248,000 bases of DNA from Hyalangium minutum. GTDB taxonomy: Bacteria; Myxococcota; Myxococcia; Myxococcales; Myxococcaceae. Position numbers and translations under genes: made by a program. Of this stretch, positions 135,620 through 145,407 are shown one piece after another (position 1 is the stretch's first letter; each line of letters begins with the position of its first letter). The stretch is from assembly GCF_000737315.1 (NCBI RefSeq), contig NZ_JMCB01000006.1:20001-268000 (forward strand), given 5' to 3'. The notes under the pieces were generated by a model. It was not told the DNA's origin. It worked only from the letters and a program-made list of their open reading frames with translations, and made no database searches.

Positions 135620-136342
135620 ATGATTCAAGTCCCTCGACGGTGGATGTGGCTGCTGCTGGGTACAGCGCTGACAGCCTGTGCGTCCGTGCCAGTGGCCTCA
135701 AACGAGGAAGCTGAGGAGTCGGAACAAGCCGCACCCTTCGCAGAGCTTTGCGCCCAAGCGGGCAGCCTGGTGCCGATCTGCGGCGCAAGCCAGTGTGGCC
135801 TTTACCCTTGCCGGGAGGTGGTGGAGCACCTCTCCACTTCGGGTCAGGTGCTGTTGGCTCGCACCGGCGGCATGGTGCTCCCGGGCCCTGGCAGCTCAGC
135901 TCAGAGGTACTGGGGCAGCGCCGATGGCCTGCCGCTGAACTCGAATCCCGTCTTCATCATCCCTTGGGGTCCCAAGCCACCGCTCCTGCCCAGCCAGAAG
136001 AAGATGCTGGAGGAGCTGGAGGCTGAGCGGCGTAAGCCTCACGAGAAGCACCACATCTTTCCTCAGGAGCCGGATCTTAAGAGGTGGTTCACTCGGAAAG
136101 GCATCAACATTCACGAGTTCACGATGCCGTTGCTCGTGGATGTACACCGTCGCATCCACCATCCCCCACCTCCGGGTGGGGCGTGGAACGAAGCGTGGCG
136201 GCAGTACAAGGACAGCCACGACAATGCTCCCAAGGAAGAGATTTACCGGTATGCAGGGCAGCTCATCTATGAGTTCGAGTTGGTCGGCCCAATCGTCCCC
136301 TATTACCGGCAGTGGACGCAGCCACCACCGATCGGCGGGTGA
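135620..136342 (+). CDS. sitA6: SitA6-family (TIGR02269-like) lipoprotein toxin
   Basis: Lipobox LTAC, CGLYPC, HEKHHIFPQ..HRRIH nuclease-like motif. Confidence 0.8.
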   Translation: MIQVPRRWMWLLLGTALTACASVPVASNEEAEESEQAAPFAELCAQAGSLVPICGASQCGLYPCREVVEHLSTSGQVLLARTGGMVLPGPGSSAQRYWGSADGLPLNSNPVFIIPWGPKPPLLPSQKKMLEELEAERRKPHEKHHIFPQEPDLKRWFTRKGINIHEFTMPLLVDVHRRIHHPPPPGGAWNEAWRQYKDSHDNAPKEEIYRYAGQLIYEFELVGPIVPYYRQWTQPPPIGG

Positions 136343-137067
136343 TGAAGTCCATGCGCTACTACTTCGTGGATTACTCCCGGGCTCCACAGTACTCGGGAAC
136401 CTTTAGCGCTTCACACAAGTGGGGATTGCCGGGTATCCACTGCCCTCTGTGCGATGCGACTTGGTCCACCGGGTCGAATGCTTACCCTTCGGTGGACCTC
136501 TCTCACGTGCCGGATCAAACGAAGTACTCGGCACGGCTGGAAGAGGACTATGCCGAGTTCGAGCGGCTGCGCGAGCAGGTGCGCTCGCTGGTGCCACCTG
136601 GTGTACCGCTGTGGCCGGGAACAGAATTCGGACCTCTTGAAGGATCAGCCCGAGGTGAGTTCGGCCCTCTCTACATGTACTTCTCGTACGCCATGTTGCT
136701 GCGGGGCGAGACACTCCGACACCTGCAGGCCGAAGCTGTCCAAGGCCTCAAGGGATGCCGCACGAAGGTGGCCTTCCGCAAGAAGGACCCGCCCGAGTTG
136801 CTGGAACTTGAGCTGTTGCCTCGAGGCCATTTGCATCCGGACTGCTTGCCCGCAGATCGTGAGCCTCCGTGCCCAAAGTGTGGTCGCAGAGGGTGGAAAC
136901 GCCCGGATGATCTCATCCTCAGCGCCGCGTCTCTCCCCCAGGACCTGGACGTATTCCGGCTGGAGGACTTCCTAACGACGATCATCGCCTCCGAGCGCTT
137001 CGTCGAGACCGCACGGCGCCTCGGCTACGAGCAGGACATCGTCTTCCGCGAGCTTCCCACCCGATAG
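136342..137067 (+). CDS. sitI6: Double-CXXCG immunity protein (SitI6-like)
   Basis: HKWGLPGIHCPLC and CPKCGR; overlaps toxin stop. Confidence 0.82.
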   Translation: MKSMRYYFVDYSRAPQYSGTFSASHKWGLPGIHCPLCDATWSTGSNAYPSVDLSHVPDQTKYSARLEEDYAEFERLREQVRSLVPPGVPLWPGTEFGPLEGSARGEFGPLYMYFSYAMLLRGETLRHLQAEAVQGLKGCRTKVAFRKKDPPELLELELLPRGHLHPDCLPADREPPCPKCGRRGWKRPDDLILSAASLPQDLDVFRLEDFLTTIIASERFVETARRLGYEQDIVFRELPTR

Positions 137068-137115
137068 AAAGGAGCACCGTGGCCACAACCCAGGCCACGG
137101 TGCTCAAAACCACCG

Positions 137116-138201
137116 CTACCAGCGGTCCTTGTCCGTCTTCGGCGCCAGCGGGAACGCCGGCGCGGAGATGCCGTTCACGCTCAAGCCTCCATGCATGAAC
137201 GTGGGCGTGCCCTGCAGGAAGCCCGCCGGGAAGTTCAGCGCTGGCTTCGACACCTCATCCAGCGCCGCTACCTGCTGCGGCGTCAGCTTCAGCTCCAGCG
137301 CCCCCAGGTTGTTGTCCAGCTGCTCCAGCGTCCGCGCCCCGATGATCGTCGAGCTCACCCCCGGCCGGCTCTGCACCCACGCCAGCGCCACCCGCGCCAC
137401 CGTGCTCTCCTGCTCCTTCGCCACCTTCTGCAGCACGTCGATGATGCTGTAGGCCTTCTCGCCCAGGTTGCCGTCCACCCACTGGCCGCGATCCGCCTTC
137501 ACCTTGCCCGCGTTCTCCCGCGTGTACTTGCCGCTCAGCACCCCGCTCTTCAGCGGCGACCACGGCGTCACCCCCAGCCCCAGCTCGCGCGCCATCGGGA
137601 TCAGCTCGCCCTCCACCGTGCGCTCGATCAGCGAGTACTCGATCTGCAATGCAATCAGCGGCGACCAGCCCTTGAACTGCGCCAGCAACTGCGCCTGCGC
137701 CACCTTCCACGCCGGCGTGTCCGAAAACCCGATGTACCGGACCTTCCCCGCCCGCACCAGGTCATCCAACGCCCGCATCGTCTCCTCGATGGGCGTGTGC
137801 CGATCCAGGCAGTGCATCCAGTACAGGTCGATGTAGTCCGTCTGCAGCCGGCGCAGGGACTCGTCGCACGCGGCCATCAGCGACTTGCGCCCCGCTCCAC
137901 CGCCGTTCGGATCCGCCGGGAACAGGTTCCCGAAGAACTTGGTGGCGATCACCACCCGGTGCCGCTTGCTCGGGTTCTTCCCCAGGTGGTCCCCGATGAT
138001 CTTCTCCGAGTGCCCCAGCGTGTAGATGTTCGCCGTATCGATGAAGTTGCCACCCCGCTCGATGAAGCGGTCCATGATGGCGTTGGAGGTCTCGACGCTG
138101 CTGCCCCAGCCGAGATCCTCGCCGAACGTCATCGCTCCGAGGCAGAACGGACTGACGCGCAGGCCGGAGTGGCCAAGGGTGAGATACGCATTGAGTGCCA
138201 T
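137116..138201 (-). CDS. Aldo/keto reductase
   Basis: FIDTANIY, IDLYWMH, PWSPL. Confidence 0.93.
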   Translation of the reverse strand: MALNAYLTLGHSGLRVSPFCLGAMTFGEDLGWGSSVETSNAIMDRFIERGGNFIDTANIYTLGHSEKIIGDHLGKNPSKRHRVVIATKFFGNLFPADPNGGGAGRKSLMAACDESLRRLQTDYIDLYWMHCLDRHTPIEETMRALDDLVRAGKVRYIGFSDTPAWKVAQAQLLAQFKGWSPLIALQIEYSLIERTVEGELIPMARELGLGVTPWSPLKSGVLSGKYTRENAGKVKADRGQWVDGNLGEKAYSIIDVLQKVAKEQESTVARVALAWVQSRPGVSSTIIGARTLEQLDNNLGALELKLTPQQVAALDEVSKPALNFPAGFLQGTPTFMHGGLSVNGISAPAFPLAPKTDKDRW

Positions 138202-138293
138202 GGGTTCTCCCAAAACAGGTAGAGCGGCGCGGAGGAGTAACAGGGAGTCCTCTCCTCCGCTCGCTCATCTACCTCTGGCACTCTCTCACTCCG

Positions 138294-139754
138294 TCACCGT
138301 CTGGCGAGCTCCTCGGCAAGCTCGACCTCATTCGTCACGTCCTTGTAGACGGTGACCTGTCCGAAGTTGCCATCGGCGAACGCCACCGGCCGGGAGCTCC
138401 ACCGGACCACGCGCCGCCGGAACTGCTGCAGCTCGAAGTCCTCGCGCCCCACGTAGGGGCCATCCACGGGGATGCGCACCCGCCGCAGGAAGTCCTTGGG
138501 CTCCTTGAACCGGGCCGCGAAGTCGCGAATGAACGCGTCGCGGTGCATGCCGATCAGCTCGGACACCGTCTTGTCCGCCAGCAGCGCCATGAACTCGTTG
138601 GCGAAGAGAATCACGCGCCGGTGATCAAAGAGCATCACCGCGTCATCCAAGCCATCGAGCGTGGCCGCCAGGATGTCCGCCCGCATGCGCTGCACCGTGT
138701 GGGCATCGCGCTCCGCGCTCAGCGAGCGCTGGCTCTTGCTCAGCTGGCCGCGCAGGTCGAGCTCTCCGGCCACTCGGCGCGCCAGCGCCACCAGGTTGTC
138801 CACCTGCTCGGCGGAGATGGACATCGGCTTCTTGTCGAGGATGCACAGCGTCCCCAGCACCGTCCCCCCACGGGTGATGAGGGGAGCGCCTGCATACGAG
138901 CGGAACACGCCCTCACGCACCAGCCGGTTGGTGCTGAACACGGGGTGAGTCGCGGCATCGGGGACCACCAGGGGCTCGGGCTGCTCCGCCTCCACCACAT
139001 GGGCGCAGAGCGCCACGTCGCGCGGCGTGCCGCGCTCCTCGAGCAGCTTGCCGCCGAGCCCCACGTGCGCCTTGAACCACTGCCGGTCCTCGAGCACCAG
139101 GGACAGGAGGGCGATGGGCACATTGAAGGCTTGCGCCGTCTCCTGCACGAGGCGCTGGAGCTCCTCGTCCGGAGGCCCTTCATCCACGAGGTGAAGGCTG
139201 GCCAGCTTCGCCAACCGCGCCCGCTCGCGCGACAGGAGCGCGGCATCCTCGGAGGCAGGGCTGGAGCGGGGCACCCCTGGGCGAAGCGGAGGATCCAGGA
139301 GGGGCAGCTCGGGCAGGAGGGGCAGCTCGGGCGGGAGCTGCAGCTCGGGCAGGGAGGGGAGTGCGGCCGGGGCCTCGGGCGCCGTGCGCCCGAGCGCGCG
139401 GTAGAGGATGCGCCGGAAGGAGTCGAAGGGTGCACCCTTGGCAAGGATCTCCTGGATGCCCAGCAGCTCCTTCTTCTCGAGCGCCGCGGTGCGCATCTTC
139501 ACGAACGAGGAGACGACGATGACCCGCGTGCTCGACGAGCCCTTCCGGACGTCGCGAATCAACTCGAAGCCATCCAGCCCCGCCAGGGACAGCTCGGTGA
139601 TGACCACGGCGGGCTGCTCGCGGCGCTCCTGAAGCGCGGTCTTCGCGGCCCGCCCATCTTGAGCGAGGACGGGCTCGATCCCCGCCTCCCTCAACAAGGC
139701 CTGGAACTTCGAGGAACACGCGGTGTTGGGCTCGACAATCAATCCCCAGGACAT
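138294..139754 (-). CDS. Receiver-GAF-PAS protein, copy 2
   Basis: Close paralog of 134092..135555. Confidence 0.85.
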   Translation of the reverse strand: MSWGLIVEPNTACSSKFQALLREAGIEPVLAQDGRAAKTALQERREQPAVVITELSLAGLDGFELIRDVRKGSSSTRVIVVSSFVKMRTAALEKKELLGIQEILAKGAPFDSFRRILYRALGRTAPEAPAALPSLPELQLPPELPLLPELPLLDPPLRPGVPRSSPASEDAALLSRERARLAKLASLHLVDEGPPDEELQRLVQETAQAFNVPIALLSLVLEDRQWFKAHVGLGGKLLEERGTPRDVALCAHVVEAEQPEPLVVPDAATHPVFSTNRLVREGVFRSYAGAPLITRGGTVLGTLCILDKKPMSISAEQVDNLVALARRVAGELDLRGQLSKSQRSLSAERDAHTVQRMRADILAATLDGLDDAVMLFDHRRVILFANEFMALLADKTVSELIGMHRDAFIRDFAARFKEPKDFLRRVRIPVDGPYVGREDFELQQFRRRVVRWSSRPVAFADGNFGQVTVYKDVTNEVELAEELARR

Positions 139755-139794
139755 GCAACCCTTTCCCTTCTCTGTGCGCAGACGGGCAGTGCCC

Positions 139795-141441
139795 CTAGCT
139801 TCCTGCGCGAATGATTTCAGCAATGGACCGCTCCGCCAACGCGGTGATGGTCAGCGACGGATTGACCGTCCCCGTGCTCCCGGGAATCGCTGCGCCATCG
139901 ACGACATAGAGCCGGTCGTAGCCTTTGACACGGCCGTAGGCGTCGGTCGATCGCCCGAGCACCGACCCACCGAGCGGGTGCGCCGTGAAGGTGGCGTTGA
140001 CATCCGTTGCGAGCACCGGAATGCCCACCTGTGTGCCGCTGGCGGCGGCGATGCGGTTGTTGACGGCTCTCAGCGCGGCCACGGCGGCGTCGTTGCCATG
140101 GCTCGGCCAGTCGAGCACCACCTTCTTGCGGGTGCTGTCGTACCGGAAGCTCGCGCGCTGGGAGTCCAGCGCCATGCCGAGCGTGCCAATCAATCCTGGG
140201 TTGAGCGGCAGGTTGGGGACGTACCAGTTCTCCATCGTCACCGGCATCCCGCGCTCATCGAGGATGCGCGAGGCGCACGGTGAGCCCTGGTTGAAGCCCT
140301 CGAGGCCGGAGAACACGCGCGCCACGGCCGCATCCCCGTTCGTGCCCCAGCCCGTGCCAATGGTCTCATCGAGGTGGGGCAGTGCGCCCGTGTCGCGGGC
140401 CGCGACGAGCAGCTCGCTGGTGCCGATAGAGCCCGCTCCCAGGAAGAGGCGGTCGGCCGTCAGGGTGCGCTGGCGAAGGACCGTGCCGTTCGGAGCGATG
140501 ACGTTGACCTGCACCCAGTAGCGGCCATCTGCCTCGCGGCCAATGGCCGTGACCTGGTGCCCGGGGTGGATGGTCACCCTGCCGGTGGCCTCGGCCTGGG
140601 GGAGGTAGTTCTGCCCCAAGTCATACTTGGCCCCGTTCGCGTTCCCGAAGGTGCTCTCCCCGAGGATGGCGGAGGCGCGCGACGTGCCCGCCAGCTCGCG
140701 CCGCACGATGTCCCAGCGGAAGATGGAGTCGATGCGCTGCGGGGTGTATCCCGCCTGCATGACGTGGGTATCCCAGACGCGGGAGTGACCAAAGGGCGCG
140801 CTCTGGTACACGTCCGCCGGCATGGGCGAGACCGCAAGCATCTGCCGGGCGAGCGGGTAGTAGACCCGGTCCATCTCCTCGTAGCTCACGACGCCCTGGA
140901 ACACGTGGTCGAAGAAGCGCCGCTCGGGCTGCACCATCGCCCCGGTGAAGACGACCGAGCCCCCGCCGACAGCCGCTCCTCGCCACACCTTGATGTGCTC
141001 ATAGTCGGTGACGTCGAGCACGCCGCCAAAGGAGTCGACCGGCCGGACGATGCCGTCGAACCCCGGGAAGCTCGTCCTGAACCAGACGGACCGGCCGTCG
141101 ATCAGGGACTCGGAGGAGAAGATCTGGCGCCACAGATCACGCGGCCAGCGCGAGCCGCGCTCGAGCATCGTCACCTGCACGCCCGCCTGTCCGAGCCGCA
141201 GCGCGGACACGGCCGCACCGAAGCCCGTGCCAATCACGAGCGCCTGGGAGTGCGAGGGAGCCGTGGGCAACGCCCGGAAGATCTCCGGCACCTCGAGCCG
141301 GTACACGAGCTCGTTGAGCGAGCCCACGGGAGGCGCTGTCTCGGCCGCCCGCGCCGCACTGGGTCCCAAGAGGGCGGAGCCTGTGCCCGTCATGGCTCCC
141401 AGGGTCCCGAGTTTGAGCAAGCTGCGTCGAGAGAGCTTCAT
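139795..141441 (-). CDS. Tat-exported cholesterol oxidase-like GMC oxidoreductase
   Basis: SRRSLL Tat, IGTGFGAA, GWGTNG, AHPLGG, YVVDG. Confidence 0.85.
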   Translation of the reverse strand: MKLSRRSLLKLGTLGAMTGTGSALLGPSAARAAETAPPVGSLNELVYRLEVPEIFRALPTAPSHSQALVIGTGFGAAVSALRLGQAGVQVTMLERGSRWPRDLWRQIFSSESLIDGRSVWFRTSFPGFDGIVRPVDSFGGVLDVTDYEHIKVWRGAAVGGGSVVFTGAMVQPERRFFDHVFQGVVSYEEMDRVYYPLARQMLAVSPMPADVYQSAPFGHSRVWDTHVMQAGYTPQRIDSIFRWDIVRRELAGTSRASAILGESTFGNANGAKYDLGQNYLPQAEATGRVTIHPGHQVTAIGREADGRYWVQVNVIAPNGTVLRQRTLTADRLFLGAGSIGTSELLVAARDTGALPHLDETIGTGWGTNGDAAVARVFSGLEGFNQGSPCASRILDERGMPVTMENWYVPNLPLNPGLIGTLGMALDSQRASFRYDSTRKKVVLDWPSHGNDAAVAALRAVNNRIAAASGTQVGIPVLATDVNATFTAHPLGGSVLGRSTDAYGRVKGYDRLYVVDGAAIPGSTGTVNPSLTITALAERSIAEIIRAGS

Positions 141442-141567
141442 CCCGTCTCCTTATAAGGACCTGACGCGGAGCTCCCGTTACCAGCTCAGCGGGGTCTTCC
141501 GGGTATATTGAAGTGAGCCCCTACCCTTGGATCGCTAGGGGTTGTCCCCAATCCACGAGGAGGTGCC

Positions 141568-142956
141568 ATGAAGCTCCTGCAAGGAATCGCTCTCGTCATC
141601 CTGGGGGCCAGCTGCGCCCACACCCCAGAGAAAGCCTCACCCGCCGAGTCCTCACCGGCAGACCGAGCCCAGGCACTGTCCTCCCAGGCCGACAAGGCCT
141701 ACAGCGCCCAGGACTTCTCCGGCTGCGCCGAGCTGTTCCGCCAGGCTGCCGAGGCCAGCACCGAGGATGACCCGCGCGCCACCGCCTTCTACAGCGCCGC
141801 AGGCTGCTCGGCCCTGGCGGGCAACCCCACCCAAGCGCTCGAGCTCCTGAGGCGCTCGGTCCAGAGCGGCTACTTCGATCCAGACACCCTGCAGCATGAC
141901 CCGGAGCTGGTCTCGGTCCACGCGCTCCCCGGCTGGCAGGAGGTCGTCGCCGGAGCCCAGGCCAATCTGGCGAAGGCCCCGAGCCCACCGCTCCCTGTCG
142001 CCAAGCTCGCGGGCATCGACGTCTACGGCTCGCGCCGCGCCAGCACGGAGGCCGTCCGCCAGATGCTCGGCTTCGAGCTGGGCCAGCTCATCGTCCCCAG
142101 CAAGGCCCTGTTCAAGCAGAAGGAGGAGGCCCTCCAGAAGCAGTTCAACCTCGCCTTCGCCAAGATCGCCTTCATCTACTTCTTCGGGGGCGATGACAAA
142201 GGCAGCGCCTTCATCACCGCGGACCTCGTGGATGCCGAGGACGCGCAGCGGCTGCGCTTCCTCCCCGAGCCCACGGGCCATGTCCCGGATCCCGAGAGCC
142301 TCGTCGCCGAGTGGCAGGCCTATGACTTCCAGACTGAGCGGCTCATGAAGACGGGCCAGCTCGATCCGGAGAAGGGCTTCACCTGCCGCGTCGCCCACTG
142401 CACCTTCGGCTTCGCGCACCCCACACTCGAGCGCTTCGAGCCACTCTTCCTGGAGAAGGTCCCTCGCCACCAGGACGCGATCACGAAGGTGCTGCGTGAG
142501 GACGCCGATGCCGCGAAGCGCGAGGCCGCCGCCTACCTGCTGGCCTACGCCGCCTCGCCCGAGCAGACCGTCGCCCGGCTCGTGCCCTCCATCCGAGATC
142601 CCTCCGGCTCCGTGCGCAACGGCGTGCTCCGCGTGCTGATTGCCACCCAGGAGGCCGCGGACCATCCGCTCGTGGACGCTGCGGTGGTGGCCGACGCCGC
142701 CTCCATGCCGGAGACCACCGACCGCAACAAGGCCCTCTTCCTGCTCAAGATGCTGCTGGATGACCTGAAGCCCGACGCGCTCAAGGCCCAGCGCGGCCCA
142801 CTCCTCAAGCAGCTCGGCCCGCAGCTGGTGACCCTGGCCGCCATGCAGCAACCCATCAACCGGGAGCCCGCCATCGAGGTCCTCCAGGCGCTCTCCGGAG
142901 AGAGCTTCGAGACCGCCGATCAGTGGAAGGCCTGGCTCGCGCGCCAACCCCAGTGA
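141568..142956 (+). CDS. TPR/HEAT-repeat lipoprotein
   Basis: Lipobox GASC, YSAAGC..ALAG TPR, C-terminal HEAT-like helices. Confidence 0.65.
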   Translation: MKLLQGIALVILGASCAHTPEKASPAESSPADRAQALSSQADKAYSAQDFSGCAELFRQAAEASTEDDPRATAFYSAAGCSALAGNPTQALELLRRSVQSGYFDPDTLQHDPELVSVHALPGWQEVVAGAQANLAKAPSPPLPVAKLAGIDVYGSRRASTEAVRQMLGFELGQLIVPSKALFKQKEEALQKQFNLAFAKIAFIYFFGGDDKGSAFITADLVDAEDAQRLRFLPEPTGHVPDPESLVAEWQAYDFQTERLMKTGQLDPEKGFTCRVAHCTFGFAHPTLERFEPLFLEKVPRHQDAITKVLREDADAAKREAAAYLLAYAASPEQTVARLVPSIRDPSGSVRNGVLRVLIATQEAADHPLVDAAVVADAASMPETTDRNKALFLLKMLLDDLKPDALKAQRGPLLKQLGPQLVTLAAMQQPINREPAIEVLQALSGESFETADQWKAWLARQPQ

Positions 142957-142972
142957 AGCGAGGCCCTCCCCC

Positions 142973-144229
142973 ATGACTGCTCCCTCCGTTTCCCTCGGCC
143001 TCGACTACAAGCCGCTCGAGCCGCCCCTGCTGGATGAGCCGTTCCCCTTCTACGCCCGCCTCCGCCAAGAGGCCCCCGTCACCTTCGCGCCCCACTTCCA
143101 CCTCTGGCTCGTCAGCCGCTACGCGGACGTGATGACGGTCCTGAAGGATCCCCGGCGCTTCAGCTCGCGCGACATCCTTCGCCCGCCTGTGGATCTCCCC
143201 GCCGACCTGCTCCAGTTGCTCGAGGCCTCCGGCTACACGCCCGACTACCCCCTGCTCGGTGACGATCCGCCCGCCCATACCCGCATCCGCGGCCTGGTCG
143301 GCAAGGCCTTCAACATGGCCAGCGTCAACGCCCTGGAAGCCCGCATCCGAACCGCCGCGCGCACCCACGTCGATGCCCTGCTCCGCGGCGCCACCCGCGC
143401 GGACCTCGTCTCGGGGCTCGCCTGGTCCTTGCCCATGGACGTCATCACCGAGCTGCTCGGCGTCCCTCGCGAGGACGGAGCGCGGATCCGCCAGTGGATC
143501 GAGGATGAGAAGCTCTTCTTCGTCCCCCACCTCCCGCCCGACGGCCTGCGCCGCGCCGTCGAGGGCGTAGCCGCCTTCCGCCGCTACCTTCGTGCCATGG
143601 TCGAGGACCGCCAGCAGCACCCGCGCGAGGACTTCCTCTCCACCCTCATCGCCGCCCGGCTCGAGGGCGAGCGCCCGCTGAGCACCCTGGAGCTCTCCAA
143701 CCTGCTCAACGTGCTCGTGTTCGCTGGCAACGAGACGTCCACCAACCTGATCAGCACCGCACTGCTCTGCCTGCTGCGCCACCCCGGCCTGTGGCAGGAG
143801 CTGCGCGCCAACCCCGCCGCCGTTCCCAACACCCTCGAGGAGGTGCTGCGCTTCGACTCGCCGGTGGTGGGGATGATGCGCACGGTCACCGAGCCCACAC
143901 AGCTCGGCGGCGTGGAGCTCCCAGCCGGGGCGCGGCTGCTGCTCCTGTTCGCCTCGGCCAACCGGGACGAGTCCGTCTTCGAGCAAGCCGCGCGCTTCGA
144001 CATCCGCCGCGCCAACGCGAACCGCCACCTCGGCTTCGGCCACGGCACCCACTACTGCGTGGGCGCGCCGCTCGCCCGGCTCGAGGCCCGCGTCGTCCTG
144101 GAGCTCCTCATCGAGCGGCTCCCGAACCCGCGCCTGGTGGCTGGAGAGTCCGTCCCCTACCTCCCCAACCTCATCCACCGAGGCCCCCAGCGCCTCATGG
144201 TCGAGTGGGACACAGCTCCCACAGCGTGA
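142973..144229 (+). CDS. Cytochrome P450
   Basis: AGNETS I-helix, EEVLR, FGHGTHYCVG heme motif. Confidence 0.96.
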   Translation: MTAPSVSLGLDYKPLEPPLLDEPFPFYARLRQEAPVTFAPHFHLWLVSRYADVMTVLKDPRRFSSRDILRPPVDLPADLLQLLEASGYTPDYPLLGDDPPAHTRIRGLVGKAFNMASVNALEARIRTAARTHVDALLRGATRADLVSGLAWSLPMDVITELLGVPREDGARIRQWIEDEKLFFVPHLPPDGLRRAVEGVAAFRRYLRAMVEDRQQHPREDFLSTLIAARLEGERPLSTLELSNLLNVLVFAGNETSTNLISTALLCLLRHPGLWQELRANPAAVPNTLEEVLRFDSPVVGMMRTVTEPTQLGGVELPAGARLLLLFASANRDESVFEQAARFDIRRANANRHLGFGHGTHYCVGAPLARLEARVVLELLIERLPNPRLVAGESVPYLPNLIHRGPQRLMVEWDTAPTA

Positions 144230-144265
144230 GTGAGCCCGTGGGGACGCCCGTGCTAGAAAACGGAC

Positions 144266-145396
144266 GTGCCCACGCTCCCCAACCCCAAATGGTTCGAAGC
144301 GCTGAAGAAGGATCCCAAAGCCGCTGAGGCCGGGATCCACTGGTTCACCCCCGAAGAAGCCGAGGCCAAGCGCGCCGAGGTCGCCAGCTGGTACGTGCAG
144401 GGTGACGCGCGCGTGCGCCACCACCTCCCGGACGCCGCGCTCGCCGCCGCCAAGGAGCAGTTCGCCCAGTTCGTCCCCGTGGGCGAGGGCCCCACCGCCT
144501 CGGATCGCGAGGGCAACAAGATTCGCAGCTGGCTCCTGCTCGCCAAGCAGTCTCCGGAGGAGCTGAAGGTGGCGCTCTCTCCCGTGCACCCGCCCTTCCT
144601 GTGGCTCGGGGCCGGGCAGACGCTCGCCTCACTCAAGGAAACAGTGGCGCCCTACTTCCCGGCCCATATTCCGTCCGAGGACAAGCTGGAGCACACCGTG
144701 CGCGGCTTCATCGGCACGAGCGCGGTGAACCACATCGATCTCATCCAGCTCCACGACCGCTACCAGGCCTCGGACTTCCTCGACGGGCTCACCTGGGGCA
144801 GCGCGTACAAGAAGGATCCCTTCCTCGAGATGCTGCCCAAGGGCCACTACGGCCAGGAGATGATCCAGCGCTACCGCGCTCAGGCTCCCGAGGGCATTCC
144901 CACCTTCAGCTTCCGCTCGCTGTTCACCAAGTCCATCCTCCGCGCCGAGGCCCACGCCAACGTCGCGGAGGGCGTGAACATCTTCGTCGTCCAGGTGCGC
145001 TACCACCCCGCCAAGCAGCAGGCGCTCATCCGCGACCTGAACCAGCAGCTCGGAATGCGGCTCCCCGAGGACCTCCCCGTGGACCTTGCCGGCGCCTTCA
145101 TCGGGCTCCCGTTTGATCCACCCGAGGTCATCCGCGCCGCGCTGCCCAAGCAGACAGACCTGGCGAAGATCTCCTTCGGCCTGCTCTGCCTGGACTGCCT
145201 CGCCCGGGACTTCACGGAGGCCGAGAAGGACCTGCGCGAGTACTCCACCCATGCCGAGGGCGCCGTGCGGCAGCTCGTCGCCAACCTCGCGCTCCGCCGC
145301 GGACTCAAGTCGCTGCTCACGGAGATGGCCAGCCGTGAGCAGCATCCCGAGTTCAAGAAACAGCTCACCGAGGTCTCTCAGCGCCTCCCCTCCTGA
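144266..145396 (+). CDS. Hypothetical protein
   Basis: Long ORF with typical codon bias, no motif recognised. Confidence 0.65.
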   Translation: MPTLPNPKWFEALKKDPKAAEAGIHWFTPEEAEAKRAEVASWYVQGDARVRHHLPDAALAAAKEQFAQFVPVGEGPTASDREGNKIRSWLLLAKQSPEELKVALSPVHPPFLWLGAGQTLASLKETVAPYFPAHIPSEDKLEHTVRGFIGTSAVNHIDLIQLHDRYQASDFLDGLTWGSAYKKDPFLEMLPKGHYGQEMIQRYRAQAPEGIPTFSFRSLFTKSILRAEAHANVAEGVNIFVVQVRYHPAKQQALIRDLNQQLGMRLPEDLPVDLAGAFIGLPFDPPEVIRAALPKQTDLAKISFGLLCLDCLARDFTEAEKDLREYSTHAEGAVRQLVANLALRRGLKSLLTEMASREQHPEFKKQLTEVSQRLPS

Positions 145397-145407
145397 GACC
145401 TCTGCCC

